Source: Thermodesulfobacteriota bacterium (GTDB taxonomy: Bacteria; Desulfobacterota; Desulfarculia; JACQYL01). From it: DNA of 64,000 nt. Each line of letters starts with the position of its first letter. Position 1 is the stretch's first letter. The position numbers and the translations under genes are program-made. The stretch spans positions 4,192,001 through 4,256,000 of the forward strand of contig CAXXLZ010000002.1 of NCBI GenBank assembly GCA_963675595.2, in the 5' to 3' direction. The notes beneath the pieces were generated by a model. It ran no database searches, was not told the DNA's origin, and worked only from the letters and a program-made list of their open reading frames with translations. Below, one piece after another: positions 29,155 to 38,477 of this stretch.

Positions 29155-29787
29155 TCAGGATTTGGGAGAGAGATGATATGCGAGATTGTCCAGTTTGACC
29201 GTAAAATCGACGTTTTCCACCTGGAATCCATCCGGAACGTGGATTTGTGTGGGAGCAAAATTCAGAATCGCTCGTATATTGCTTTTGATCAAACGATTCG
29301 CAATGTCCTGAGCCCAGATTGCCGGTGTGGCGATCACTCCGACCTCCACGCCCGTATTCTTGGCTACCCACGGCAGGTCGTTGATATGGTGGATGACCAA
29401 TCCGTTGGGGAGTTTCTTGGCGATCTTCTGGGGATCGTTGTCAAAAGCGGCGACAAACACGTATCCTTGCTTCACGAAATTTTCATGAGACAGGAGTGCC
29501 AGGCCCAAGTTGCCCACGCCCACGATTCCCATGCGCCATTCTCGGTTTAAACCCAGGATGCGCTTGATTTCGAAGAGCAGTTCCTTGACGTAATAGCCCA
29601 CTCCACGAACTCCGAATTCACCGAAGTAGGAGAGGTCCTTACGGATTTGAGCGGAGTTCACCTCACACAACGTGGCGAGACGTTCCGAAGAGATGATCTT
29701 GACGTCTTCTTCCGCAATGCGCTCCAGGACCCGGGAGTACATGGAAAGACGAGTGATCGTGGCAGCGGGGATTTTGGCGTATTTCAT
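29155..29787 (-). CDS. rex: Redox-sensing transcriptional repressor Rex
   Basis: IPAATITRLSMY, QIRKDLSYFGEFGVRGVGY, VGVGNLG, ILNFAP. Confidence 0.96.
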   Translation of the reverse strand: MKYAKIPAATITRLSMYSRVLERIAEEDVKIISSERLATLCEVNSAQIRKDLSYFGEFGVRGVGYYVKELLFEIKRILGLNREWRMGIVGVGNLGLALLSHENFVKQGYVFVAAFDNDPQKIAKKLPNGLVIHHINDLPWVAKNTGVEVGVIATPAIWAQDIANRLIKSNIRAILNFAPTQIHVPDGFQVENVDFTVKLDNLAYHLSPKS

Positions 29788-29804
29788 CCGGATTCCGTTT
29801 AAAG

Positions 29805-29822
29805 TTGTGAAAGAAAACACAT
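29805..29822. promoter_or_regulatory. Putative Rex operator upstream of rex
   Basis: TTGTGAAAGAAAACACAT versus consensus TTGTGAA-N4-TTCACAA. Confidence 0.45.
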
Positions 29823-29834
29823 ATTAGTGGCGTA

Positions 29835-29867
29835 AAATGGGGTTGTCATCCGGCAACAACCCCATTT
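29835..29867 (-). terminator. Intrinsic terminator-like hairpin after atpE
   Basis: 12-bp stem AAATGGGGTTGT/ACAACCCCATTT with a short T-run on the minus strand. Confidence 0.65.
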
Positions 29868-29892
29868 GCGTTCCATTCCGGCTAGAGCCGGT

Positions 29893-30270
29893 TTACAGCT
29901 CCAATCCGATCAACTTGCCCACCGGTGTAGCCATCGGGTAGGCGTAGAGAAGGATCAGGGCCACGACCAGCGCGTAAATACACAGAGACTCAACCATGGC
30001 CAGACCGATCAGCATGGTCACGGTGATCTTACCGGAAGCCTCGGGGTTCCGGGCCGTACCTTCCACGGCGCCTTTGATGGCGATGCCCTGGCCGATGCCC
30101 GTACCGAACGCCGCGATGCCGATACCGAATCCCGCCGCGGTCACGACCGCCGCAAACAGTTTCATTGCGGAGGCTGCTACCGTCGGGTCCGCTTCCGCGA
30201 AGGCCATCGTGCTCATGCCCAGTACGAAAAACGCGCTCAGAGTGGTTAATCGAAAGACCTTCTTGCTCAT
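29893..30270 (-). CDS. atpE: ATP synthase F0 subunit c with N-terminal extension
   Basis: GIGQG, ARNPEA, ESLCIY. Confidence 0.96.
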   Translation of the reverse strand: MSKKVFRLTTLSAFFVLGMSTMAFAEADPTVAASAMKLFAAVVTAAGFGIGIAAFGTGIGQGIAIKGAVEGTARNPEASGKITVTMLIGLAMVESLCIYALVVALILLYAYPMATPVGKLIGLEL

Positions 30271-30344
30271 TTCTTCCTCCCTTGGAGTTTATTTTGAATG
30301 CCTTCTTCCAAAAGGCAGCCGATCCTGAAGCGTCCCCTTACGAC

Positions 30345-31034
30345 TTAATGGGCGTGTTCGATGGAACCCGCGATATACATCATGGTCAAAAGGGAAAAGA
30401 TGAACGCCTGCACAAAACTGGTGAAAATCGCCAGAACCATCATGGGAACCGGAGCGAGAAACTGTCCGGCCAGGAACAGGAGAATGGCCAAGACCAGGTC
30501 TTCACCCATGATGTTTCCAAAAAGACGGAAAGTCAGGGAAAGAACCCGGCTGACATGGCCGATGATCTCGATGGGCAGCATCAGGGGAATCATCCACCAG
30601 ATGGGGCCCGTGAAGTGCTTGATGTATTTAACCCCGTGTTTCTTGATGCCCACCGCGTGGGTGACTATGAAGACCACCAACGCACAGGACAGCGGAGTGT
30701 TGATGTTCGCCGTGGGGGACAGCATCCCGGGGATGAGGCCCAGCCAGTTGCAGAGCAGGATGTAAAGGCCGAGGGTTGCAATCAATGGAAAAAAGGGACG
30801 GCCTTCCTCGCCCATGATGGAGAGCTGAAACTCCTCAATACCGGAGATCACCATTTCGAAAAAGTTCTGACCGCCGGACGGCACCATGGATACCGCCTTG
30901 ACGCACAACTTCGCCGCTACGATGAGGATCAGCATGACGAACCATGAATAAATGACATGAGGCCACGTGTGGGCGAAGTGACCGGCTCCTATCATCTCGA
31001 ACAGCTTTACCAGAAAGAGATACGGGTGCTCCAT
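30345..31034 (-). CDS. atpB: ATP synthase F0 subunit a
   Basis: NWLGLIP, PTANIN, SLTFRLFGNI, QAFIFSLL. Confidence 0.96.
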   Translation of the reverse strand: MEHPYLFLVKLFEMIGAGHFAHTWPHVIYSWFVMLILIVAAKLCVKAVSMVPSGGQNFFEMVISGIEEFQLSIMGEEGRPFFPLIATLGLYILLCNWLGLIPGMLSPTANINTPLSCALVVFIVTHAVGIKKHGVKYIKHFTGPIWWMIPLMLPIEIIGHVSRVLSLTFRLFGNIMGEDLVLAILLFLAGQFLAPVPMMVLAIFTSFVQAFIFSLLTMMYIAGSIEHAH

Positions 31035-31456
31035 TAGGCCTCCTTAGAATAAATCCGGTGAATCTCCAATGCTGCGAAGAGCAGCAGATTGATCACCACG
31101 GTGGAAAGACCGAGCAATAGACCAAAAGGGCTGGCCTCGGCGAACTTGAGCAGTACAACCACGGCGATTCCGGTGAGGATCAGCCGGAAGTAGTATTTGA
31201 ATACCACGACCGCGGTTGTCGCCGAAACCGACGCGCCTCCGCCCAATGCTCTCCGAAGGGCTCCGTGCAGTATGTGGAAGTTGGCGATGACCAACAAGCC
31301 GCCGAACAGCACGCTCAAGGAGAATCGGGGGCCCGCCCAGATTCCGGAGCCTGCAACCAAAAGCCCGAGGATGATCCAGTTATTGGTCTTGAGACGGCGG
31401 ATCTGTTTTGCTTCCTCGGTCGACCCGCTCGCCGGCACTTTGGGCCTTTCGTCCAA
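31034..31456 (-). CDS. atpI: ATP synthase subunit I (start uncertain)
   Basis: Four TM helices, GGLLVIANF, KYYFRL, GLSTVV; between atpZ and atpB; TTG 31456 or GTG ~31438 likely starts. Confidence 0.8.
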   Translation of the reverse strand: MDERPKVPASGSTEEAKQIRRLKTNNWIILGLLVAGSGIWAGPRFSLSVLFGGLLVIANFHILHGALRRALGGGASVSATTAVVVFKYYFRLILTGIAVVVLLKFAEASPFGLLLGLSTVVINLLLFAALEIHRIYSKEA

Positions 31457-31661
31457 TGATATAGATATTGCGAAATCCGGCAATGATTCCCAGTACAAGA
31501 AAGATCAAGGTCAACCACGGCGACGTATCGAACACATGGTTGTCCAGGTAATAACCGATGCCCAGGCCGATAAAAGTGGCCAGGACGATGGAAATCCCCA
31601 TGGAGGAGGCCAACGCCAAAAGCCTGAACCATTCGGGTTGTTTCTGATTGAAAAGAGCCAT
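31380..31661 (-). CDS. atpZ: AtpZ/AtpI-family (ATPase gene 1) protein
   Basis: GLGIGYYLD..FDTSPW..LGIIAGFRN signature. Confidence 0.88.
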   Translation of the reverse strand: MALFNQKQPEWFRLLALASSMGISIVLATFIGLGIGYYLDNHVFDTSPWLTLIFLVLGIIAGFRNIYIIGRKAQSAGERVDRGSKTDPPSQDQ

Positions 31662-31710
31662 GGAAAACCCGTCAACGAACGCTTATCCGGGTCAACTCCC
31701 ATCGGGCAGG

Positions 31711-31739
31711 CTTCTATCATGACCCACCAGGAGTGTCAA
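31711..31739 (-). promoter_or_regulatory. Putative sigma70 promoter of the atp F0 operon
   Basis: TTGACA-17 bp-TAGAAG with extended -10 TG. Confidence 0.6.
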
Positions 31740-31745
31740 CCTTTT

Positions 31746-31763
31746 TTGTGATTTATTTAACGT
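31746..31763. promoter_or_regulatory. Putative Rex operator next to the atp -35 box
   Basis: TTGTGATTTATTTAACGT resembles TTGTGA-N6-TCACAA; 6 bp from the -35 element. Confidence 0.4.
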
Positions 31764-33043
31764 AGTCCGTGCAAGGCCGATTCCAGGGCCTTTAGCGTCT
31801 TTTCCAAATCCTCCTGGGAGTGGGCCGCGGACACGAAGGTGGCCTCGAAAGGAGAAGGGGCCAAGTACACGCCTTTCTCGAGCATGGCGCCGTAAACCCG
31901 GATAAACCGCTCGGAATCCGATGCCATGGCGTCCGTGAAGTTCCTCACCGGACCGGAATTGAAGAAGAGCGTTCCCATGGAACCCACCGCGTTGACCGTT
32001 CCCGGCTGCCCGCTTTCGGCGACCAAGCGGCGCACTTGTTCCCAGAACCATGCGCTCTTTTTCTCAAGCTCGTCGTGGAAACCCGGTTCCATCAGAAGCT
32101 TTAGACTCGCCAATCCGCTGGCCATGGCCAGGGGGTTTCCGGAGAGCGTGCCGGCCTGGTACACGTCGCCGTCGGGAGCCATGCGATCCATGTATTCGGC
32201 CTTTCCCCCGAAAGCGCCCACCGGCAGCCCGCCTCCGATGATCTTGCCCAGGCAGGTGAGGTCCGGGGTGACCCCGAACCGCTCCTGAGCCCCGCCCAAA
32301 GCAAGTCGAAAGCCGGTGATCACCTCGTCGAAAATCAGTAGAGCTCCGTGCTTGCGGGTCTCTTCCCTCAAGCCCTCCAGGAAACCGGGTTCCGGCGCCA
32401 CCACGCCCATGTTGCCCGCCGCCGGTTCCACGATCACCGCGGCCACACGGTCCCCGGCGCGGTCCATAAGTTCCCGGAAAGCCGAAAGATCGTTGTACGG
32501 CAGGGAAAGGGTGTTCTTGGTGATGTCCGCGGGCACTCCGGGACTGCCGGGAATCCCCAAAGTGGCCAAACCGGACCCCGCTTTCACCAGGAAACTGTCC
32601 GCGTGGCCGTGGTAGCACCCGTCGAATTTGACGACCAAGTCCCGTTCCGTGACGCCTCGAGCCAAGCGAAGCGCGCTCATGGTCGCCTCCGTGCCCGAGT
32701 TCACCATACGAACCTTTTCGATGGACGGAACGATTCCGACGATGAGCTCCGCCATTTCCACTTCCTTTTCCGTGGGAGCTCCGAAACTCGTTCCCTCCTC
32801 CGCCGCTTCACGCACGGCCCGCACCACCGCTTCGTGCGCGTGCCCCAGAATCATGGGTCCCCAGGACGCCACGAAATCGATGTATTCTCTCCCGTCGGCG
32901 TCATAAATCTTGGAGCCCGCGGCCTTGGCAATGAACAGCGGGTCGCGCCGAACCGACTTGCACGCTCTTACCGGGGAATTCACTCCTCCGGGAATCACCT
33001 TGCGTGCCCGCTCGAACAACCGGCTGGAAACAGTGTCCGTCAT
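31757..33043 (-). CDS. hemL: Glutamate-1-semialdehyde 2,1-aminomutase
   Basis: PGGVNSPVRA, SGTEATM, GCYHGH, FDEVITGFR, GKIIGGGLPVG, GTLSGNP. Confidence 0.97.
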   Translation of the reverse strand: MTDTVSSRLFERARKVIPGGVNSPVRACKSVRRDPLFIAKAAGSKIYDADGREYIDFVASWGPMILGHAHEAVVRAVREAAEEGTSFGAPTEKEVEMAELIVGIVPSIEKVRMVNSGTEATMSALRLARGVTERDLVVKFDGCYHGHADSFLVKAGSGLATLGIPGSPGVPADITKNTLSLPYNDLSAFRELMDRAGDRVAAVIVEPAAGNMGVVAPEPGFLEGLREETRKHGALLIFDEVITGFRLALGGAQERFGVTPDLTCLGKIIGGGLPVGAFGGKAEYMDRMAPDGDVYQAGTLSGNPLAMASGLASLKLLMEPGFHDELEKKSAWFWEQVRRLVAESGQPGTVNAVGSMGTLFFNSGPVRNFTDAMASDSERFIRVYGAMLEKGVYLAPSPFEATFVSAAHSQEDLEKTLKALESALHGLR

Positions 33044-33044
33044 T

Positions 33045-33509
33045 TCAGAAATACCTCATGCTTGTTTTCTTATGCTCGGTGTGGCTGAAGAGAAGCTGAT
33101 ACTCGGAAATTCCGGCCTTTTCCGAAATTTCCCGGGCCAGTTCCCTGCATTCCTCTTCGGAAGCTCCGTGGATCATGGCGAACAGGTTGAACCTCCAATT
33201 CCCCATGGGAATCCGTCGATAGCAATGTGTGACCTGGGGATAGGCCACGATGGCCTCCGCCACTTCGTCCGCACGATCCTCCTCCACCAGGAAGGCGGCC
33301 ATGGCATTGGCCTCGAAGCCGGAGATCTGGTGGCGGATGGTGACTCCGAACCTGCGTATGATGCCTCTTTCCGACAGGCTGCGCAGACAATTCAGCACTT
33401 CCTGCTCCGAGATTCCCAAGCGACCCGCAATGGTCTTGAAGGGCCTTTGCTCTACGGCCAGATCTCCCTGAACCTGGGACAACACGCTTTTTTCCAGTTC
33501 CGTCAACAT
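33045..33509 (-). CDS. ahbB: Siroheme decarboxylase beta subunit (AhbB/NirH-like, AsnC fold)
   Basis: QGDL...RPF, GIIRRFG, HQISGF.ANAM, VTHCYRR, EHKKTSMRYF; adjacent to hemL. Confidence 0.88.
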   Translation of the reverse strand: MLTELEKSVLSQVQGDLAVEQRPFKTIAGRLGISEQEVLNCLRSLSERGIIRRFGVTIRHQISGFEANAMAAFLVEEDRADEVAEAIVAYPQVTHCYRRIPMGNWRFNLFAMIHGASEEECRELAREISEKAGISEYQLLFSHTEHKKTSMRYF

Positions 33510-33605
33510 GACGCTCGCATTAGACCACCAGGCCTTTCAAGTCAAGGGTGAACAAACGGGGCCTGCGGCCGAATCATCTTGCCGTCGACCCCCTTCGAAT
33601 GGAGA

Positions 33606-34022
33606 TCATTCGGGCAGTGTTTTCACATAGTTCAGGATGTTCCATATGTCCTCTTCGGACAATACGGATTTCCAGGCCGGCATGGAGCCGTATCCGTTTT
33701 CAATGATCCCGAACAGCTCGCCTTCGGAGTCGGAGCGAACGGCGCGGGTGAGGTCCGCAGGCGGATGAGGAAGCATCCGGGCTTTGGGTCCGTCTCCCTT
33801 GGCGGATGTGCCGTGGCAGCCGACACAGAATGTGGTATACTTCGTCTTGCCCGCGGCTACGGAAGTCTCCGTCGAAGGAACGGGGTTTTCACGGTTCGCC
33901 GCCTCGCTGGTGACGGCTTCGGCTTCGTGACGTTCCTCGTCGCTGCTCAAGCCCGTCCCGGGAAACGACAGGAACAGCGAAAGAATCATACCCGTGCAAA
34001 GTAGAGCTCTAAATGGGCCCAT
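33606..34022 (-). CDS. Periplasmic monoheme cytochrome c
   Basis: CVGCH, GKGDG-like segment, MPAW; signal peptide; ATG at 34022 after AAGGAGG. Confidence 0.88.
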   Translation of the reverse strand: MGPFRALLCTGMILSLFLSFPGTGLSSDEERHEAEAVTSEAANRENPVPSTETSVAAGKTKYTTFCVGCHGTSAKGDGPKARMLPHPPADLTRAVRSDSEGELFGIIENGYGSMPAWKSVLSEEDIWNILNYVKTLPE

Positions 34023-34333
34023 AACGCCTCCTTTGTCGTACGTTTTTGTGATGAAGCTCGATCCGACGGCCAAGGCCCCGGGATCGAGATTCTTCACGTA
34101 AGTTTGCCGGGATTCCTCCCGGGAGACCGACATGGACTTCATGGTATGAGAAACGGAAGCGTACGGGCAAGAAGAAACGGGTTCCATGCGCCTCGAAACC
34201 ACCGCGATCGAGAGTTTTTTTGAACATTCACCGGGGTGACTTCCGACAACGTCGCCCTCGTCCCCCTTCGAGGCTTTTCGAGGATGCCTCACCGCTTGGG
34301 CGGAGAAGGGGGCAAGAACTTGGTCCGCGGTGA

Positions 34334-34512
34334 GCATCCAGAGGGGTATCCGAGGGAACCCTCCAAAAAAACTTTATGTATTTTAGTACGTTGGACGGTA
34401 ATAGGCCCCTCTTTTTGCGAATTGTTTAGGCGATTCGCGGAAGCGCAACGGGGGTCCGGGAGACCGTAGGTTCCCCGGCAGGGGGTGCGGGGGACGGCGC
34501 CCCCCGCGGCAC
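34334..34512. repeat. GC-rich composite REP-like repeat
   Basis: Modules GCATCCAGAGGGGTATCCGAGGG and GGGGTGCGGGGGACGGCGCCCCCCGCGGC recur inverted at 37591-37672. Confidence 0.55.
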
Positions 34513-34645
34513 AACTCCTGAACAGGTACGGGTTGCGCACCAAAAACCTGGAAGCCCAAAAGCTTCACGAAGGGCGCCCTGACGGCCCGATGAATACGTG
34601 CACTTTTTCCACAATGGTTCAAACGCCGCTTCAAGGAGAACAATC

Positions 34646-35128
34646 ATGGCTCACAAAATCCTCATCGCCCTGGATACTTCGGATGACGCTGCAAAGTGCG
34701 TGAACTACGTGGCGGGTGTGGTGTCGAAAGACGTACACGTAACGCTCCTGCACGTTTTTCCCAAGATTCCCGCCCTGAATCTGGGGATGGACACCCTGAT
34801 CACCAACCATTATCCGCCGTTCAGCGAACGGGTGAAAGAGTTGGAGACCTGGGTCGAGCAGGAACGCATGTCCATGGAGCGCATCATGAAGGAGGCGGTG
34901 GAAACCTTGACCAAAGCCGGTATCGATCCGCACCACATCGAAACCCGGATCTCGGACCAAAAGGAAGGCGCGGCCCGGGACATTCTGGCATTGGTGAAGG
35001 AGGAGGCCTACAATACCGTGGTGGTGGGCCGCAGGGGCATTTCGGCCACCGAGGCCTTCTTCATGGGGAGCGTATCCAACAAGGTCGTTCACCACGCCAA
35101 GGACTGCGCCGTCTGGGTGGTGGAATAA
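34646..35128 (+). CDS. Universal stress protein (UspA family)
   Basis: KILIALD, VVGRRG, FMGSVSNKV, VWVV; AAGGAG RBS. Confidence 0.92.
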   Translation: MAHKILIALDTSDDAAKCVNYVAGVVSKDVHVTLLHVFPKIPALNLGMDTLITNHYPPFSERVKELETWVEQERMSMERIMKEAVETLTKAGIDPHHIETRISDQKEGAARDILALVKEEAYNTVVVGRRGISATEAFFMGSVSNKVVHHAKDCAVWVVE

Positions 35129-35296
35129 GCCTTAGGTTGCATGGATTCCCGGGGTGCGCTTTTGGGGCTTCTTGTTTGAATGACTAAAAAGGCCACCGGG
35201 GGAACACCGTTCCCCCGAACCCCCTCCCAAAGCACGTTGGACAGGCCTATCCGCTGAAAGCGGTGAGGCCCGCTTCAGAAGTTTTGAAGGGGGGAC

Positions 35297-35330
35297 AAGG
35301 GGGGGAACTTTTCCAAAAGTTCCCCCCCTT
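35297..35330. repeat. Perfect 16-bp inverted repeat (REP-like, possible bidirectional terminator)
   Basis: AAGGGGGGGAACTTTT-CC-AAAAGTTCCCCCCCTT between convergent usp and neuB-like genes. Confidence 0.8.
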
Positions 35331-35353
35331 GAATGATTAAGTCCGGCAGTCTG

Positions 35354-37222
35354 CTATAGATCATACTTGGACAGCCGTTTCAGCGCTTCCAGAAAGCCCC
35401 GTGCCTGGTTCAGGTGGCCTCGCCACACTTCCGGCACCCAGGAGCCGCGATAGTCCTCAAATAGAGGCATCACCGCGTCGAAGTCGATTTCTCCCTCCCC
35501 GATCTGCACGCCTTCTCCGTCCAAACCGTACCCGTCGGCGAAATGAATATGCCGGATGTGCGGCTTCAACTCGGCCGTGAATTTGGTCAAGTCGCGGTCC
35601 TTGGCGTTGCAGTACAAGGCGGCGTGGGAGAGGTCGAAACAGAATCCCGCCCCGGTGCGCTCGCAGAACTCGAGAATCTCCTTGGTATCCATGAAGTAAT
35701 TCCCTTTCCACTGGCCGCCGAAATACCAGGGATAGGGGGGCAGATTCTCCATGAGGAGTTCCACTTCGTCCGTCTGAATCTGCTCCCAGGAGCGGCAGAG
35801 ATTCCGCCGCAGAGGATCGCGAGGGAGCTTCTCGTTGATGCTCATGGCGCCGGGATGCACGATCACCTTGGGCTTGCCCTGGAACCACTTGCTCAGGCGC
35901 ACCGCCAGGCGCGTGGATTTGCGGACCTGCTCCACGGACAGACCGCGCAGGTCCTCATCGGACGTGCAAAGGTCCAGCAGTCGTTCGCCCAGATATTCGG
36001 GCGCGTGCACCACCAGGCCTTGGCCGTAGACCTGATTGGGGGTGAAACCGATTTCGAGGTCTTGTTCGGCCAGGTGGAATTCCAACACCTTGGGGTTGAA
36101 GGACGCCATGGTGTCCGCGTCCCCGAATCGTGCGATGAGCCCCCACAGGCTGCGGAAAGCGTTGGTGAAATCCCCCTGCGTCGGTCCGGAAACGTCCTCC
36201 TCGGTGAACATCTCCCCGGCCTGAAAATCCCTCCGCGCCGCCGCGCCCACCACTTCGGGCAGACGGCAGGGTGCCAGGCCCTTTCCCGGTCCCCGGATAT
36301 CCAGCATTTCTCGCTGGATCACCGCGCCTCTCGGGATGGTTTGCGAAGCCACAATGCTTTTGGCGAACACCTCTCGATTGAGAATTTCCCCTTGAAGCAG
36401 GAAACGTTTGCTTTTTCCCAGGGCCTGGTCGGCCACGCGAATATCCCTCACCAGGCGACGGAACTCGAAAGGTTCCAGGCTCACCTTGTGGTCGGGACCC
36501 GCAAGAGTCTTGTCCAGAGTCAGGTGCTTTTCGATGATGGAGGCCCCCATGGAGGCGGCCACCAGGGATACGGTGATGCCCACGTCATGACTCGAATAGC
36601 CCACGGGGCATCCGAACTGCTTGAGCTTGAGCATCATCTTGAGGTTCACTTCCCGGGCCCAAACGGGATACACGCTGCGACAATGGAGAAAGGCGAAAGG
36701 AACCCCGGCCCGACGCAGCACCTCCACCGCGGTTTCGATTTCGTCCCAGTAGGACATGCCCGTGGAAACGATCATGGGCTTGCCGGCGGAGGCCACGGTT
36801 TCCAAATGAGGAATATTGGTCAGGTCCGCGGAAGCGATCTTGTAGGCGGGCACCCCCAATGTTTCGAGGAAACGAAAGCTGGGTTCGTCAAAAGGCGTGC
36901 ACAGGAAGTCGAGCCCCAGGTCCTCCGCCTGTTGTTTGAGCTCCCGATAGGCATCCTCGGACAATTCCACCTGCTTGAGAATGGGGATCATATACTGGAA
37001 ATGCTGCTCGAACCGATGCGTCTCTTCAATGACTTCGCGGGGATAAAGGCTCTGAAGACGGCGCTTCTGGAACTTCACCGCGTCGGCCCTGCAGTGAGCC
37101 GCGGCTTCCACGAGCCGCCGGGCACGGTCCAGGTCGCCGTTATGATTGATCCCGATTTCGGCGATCACATACGTGGGTTGATTGTCGCCGATGGTCGAAG
37201 AGCCTATGGCAAAGGATTTCAT
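35354..37222 (-). CDS. NeuB-family N-acetylneuraminate-type synthase + SAF domain + C-terminal xylose-isomerase-like TIM barrel
   Basis: IAEIGINHNG, AVKFQ, KIASAD, STGM, IEKHLTLD, GPDH; C-terminal ENLP, DLSH, HIHFAD, GEGEIDF. Confidence 0.88.
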   Translation of the reverse strand: MKSFAIGSSTIGDNQPTYVIAEIGINHNGDLDRARRLVEAAAHCRADAVKFQKRRLQSLYPREVIEETHRFEQHFQYMIPILKQVELSEDAYRELKQQAEDLGLDFLCTPFDEPSFRFLETLGVPAYKIASADLTNIPHLETVASAGKPMIVSTGMSYWDEIETAVEVLRRAGVPFAFLHCRSVYPVWAREVNLKMMLKLKQFGCPVGYSSHDVGITVSLVAASMGASIIEKHLTLDKTLAGPDHKVSLEPFEFRRLVRDIRVADQALGKSKRFLLQGEILNREVFAKSIVASQTIPRGAVIQREMLDIRGPGKGLAPCRLPEVVGAAARRDFQAGEMFTEEDVSGPTQGDFTNAFRSLWGLIARFGDADTMASFNPKVLEFHLAEQDLEIGFTPNQVYGQGLVVHAPEYLGERLLDLCTSDEDLRGLSVEQVRKSTRLAVRLSKWFQGKPKVIVHPGAMSINEKLPRDPLRRNLCRSWEQIQTDEVELLMENLPPYPWYFGGQWKGNYFMDTKEILEFCERTGAGFCFDLSHAALYCNAKDRDLTKFTAELKPHIRHIHFADGYGLDGEGVQIGEGEIDFDAVMPLFEDYRGSWVPEVWRGHLNQARGFLEALKRLSKYDL

Positions 37223-37290
37223 AAGGCGTACGCCGGCACCTTCATAAACGAGATGAATGGGAATCAGTCAGTGAGTCATTGCGGGGCACC

Positions 37291-37373
37291 CGGGGAAACT
37301 TTTGAAAAAGGTTTTCCCGGACCCTTTCCCAAACTTTTTGAGCGGGTTGCTCGCTTGCGCGTCGCAACCGGGG
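37291..37373. repeat. REP-like palindromic intergenic repeat, family A copy 2
   Basis: CGGGGAAACTTTTGAAAAAGGTTTTCCCGGACCC...GAGCGGGTTGCTCGCTTGCGCGTCGCAACCGGGG matches 5108-5191. Confidence 0.75.
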
Positions 37374-37590
37374 CCTGGGGGCTTTTCGGACAAGCTGCCG
37401 CGCACCCCCTTTCCAAGCCGTCTGAGTAGGCCTCACCGCCTTCGGCGGAGAAGCTCACGGTGAAGCAGAATCTCCAAGCCGAAGAAATACGGAATACAGA
37501 AAGATTGCTCCCGCATTATAACCGGTCGGCGGCCTCTCTTCCACTCGGGAAAGGCCACCGACGCAGGAAACCGCTGGACCTATTCACGGG

Positions 37591-37672
37591 GTGCGCCGCA
37601 GGGGGACGCCGTCCCCCTGCACCCTCAGGCCGTAGGGGACCAATGGCTGCCCCCGGATATCCCTCTGAATGC
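37591..37672. repeat. GC-rich composite REP-like repeat, inverted relative to 34334-34512
   Basis: Reverse complement aligns by eye with the two modules at 34334-34360 and ~34480-34512. Confidence 0.5.
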
Positions 37673-37836
37673 GCACAATCCGTTAATAACGGAATCGGCG
37701 GATTCGGCAAAAACTCAATGCTTCCGCATCCATTGAATATTCCAAGGATCGGATGGGCTTCGGCGTGGAGACCAAGAAAGCATTGTCTCTCGAAAGCGTC
37801 GGCATGGGAAGCCGTCCGAAAACCGGTGAAAAATTC

Positions 37837-37866
37837 TTGACAACCGGGCACGAGGGCGCTTATAAG
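37837..37866 (+). promoter_or_regulatory. Promoter of tRNA-Phe
   Basis: TTGACA at 37837 and TATAAG at 37861 (18-bp spacer). Confidence 0.65.
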
Positions 37867-37879
37867 AGGCTTTCGCAGC

Positions 37880-37955
37880 GCCGAGGTAGCTCAGCCGGTA
37901 GAGCAGGGGACTGAAAATCCCCGTGTCGGCGGTTCAATTCCGTCCCTCGGCACCA
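37880..37955 (+). tRNA. tRNA-Phe (GAA)
   Basis: GCCGAGG acceptor stem, TAGCTCAG D-arm, CTGAAAA anticodon loop, GGTTCAATTCC T-loop, CCA end; 76 nt. Confidence 0.97.
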
Positions 37956-38477
37956 CAGATTATTCAGTGATTAGAGGGGGTTACGTTGCCGCCGTGCCCC
38001 CTCATTCTTTTTCTGATGCTTTGCTGTGTGTCATTTGGTGTGTCACTCTTTCTGATTCGTGCGATTCGTTCATTACTTTTTCAAACAAATCCATTGCGTC
38101 TCGGTCACTATCACCAATGCGATGGAGATATATCTCAGTGGTCGTGCGGTTCTCGTGGCCAAGTATCCGTTGAATGCCTCCGAGGTTGACGTTGGCCACG
38201 TCGAGAACAGACGCTCCAAAGTGGCGGAAGGCATGAAAACGAAAATACCTTACCCCTGCCTTCTGACAAAGTCGTTTCATTAGTTTCTTGCGATCCTGAT
38301 AGGGCCCCTCGATAATTCTTCTTTGAGTTCTGCTCCAGTATTTATGCCAGAATACCCATGGCTTAGAGATATCGCGCTTGGCAAACCGCTTGGTTAAGAT
38401 TTGAAATAGCTTGTTAGTCATTGCAACTCTTCTTGGAGTTAGATGGCCTCCTCTTTTCTTGCGAGTATAAAGTACTA

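Noticed and set aside
33510-33545. Leaderless promoter for ahbB (TTGACT-17-TAATGC)
   Set aside because: Weak -10 match; cannot be supported without TSS data
35543-37429. 628-aa plus-strand ORF
   Set aside because: Antisense shadow of the NeuB fusion; no motifs; expected from high-GC codon bias
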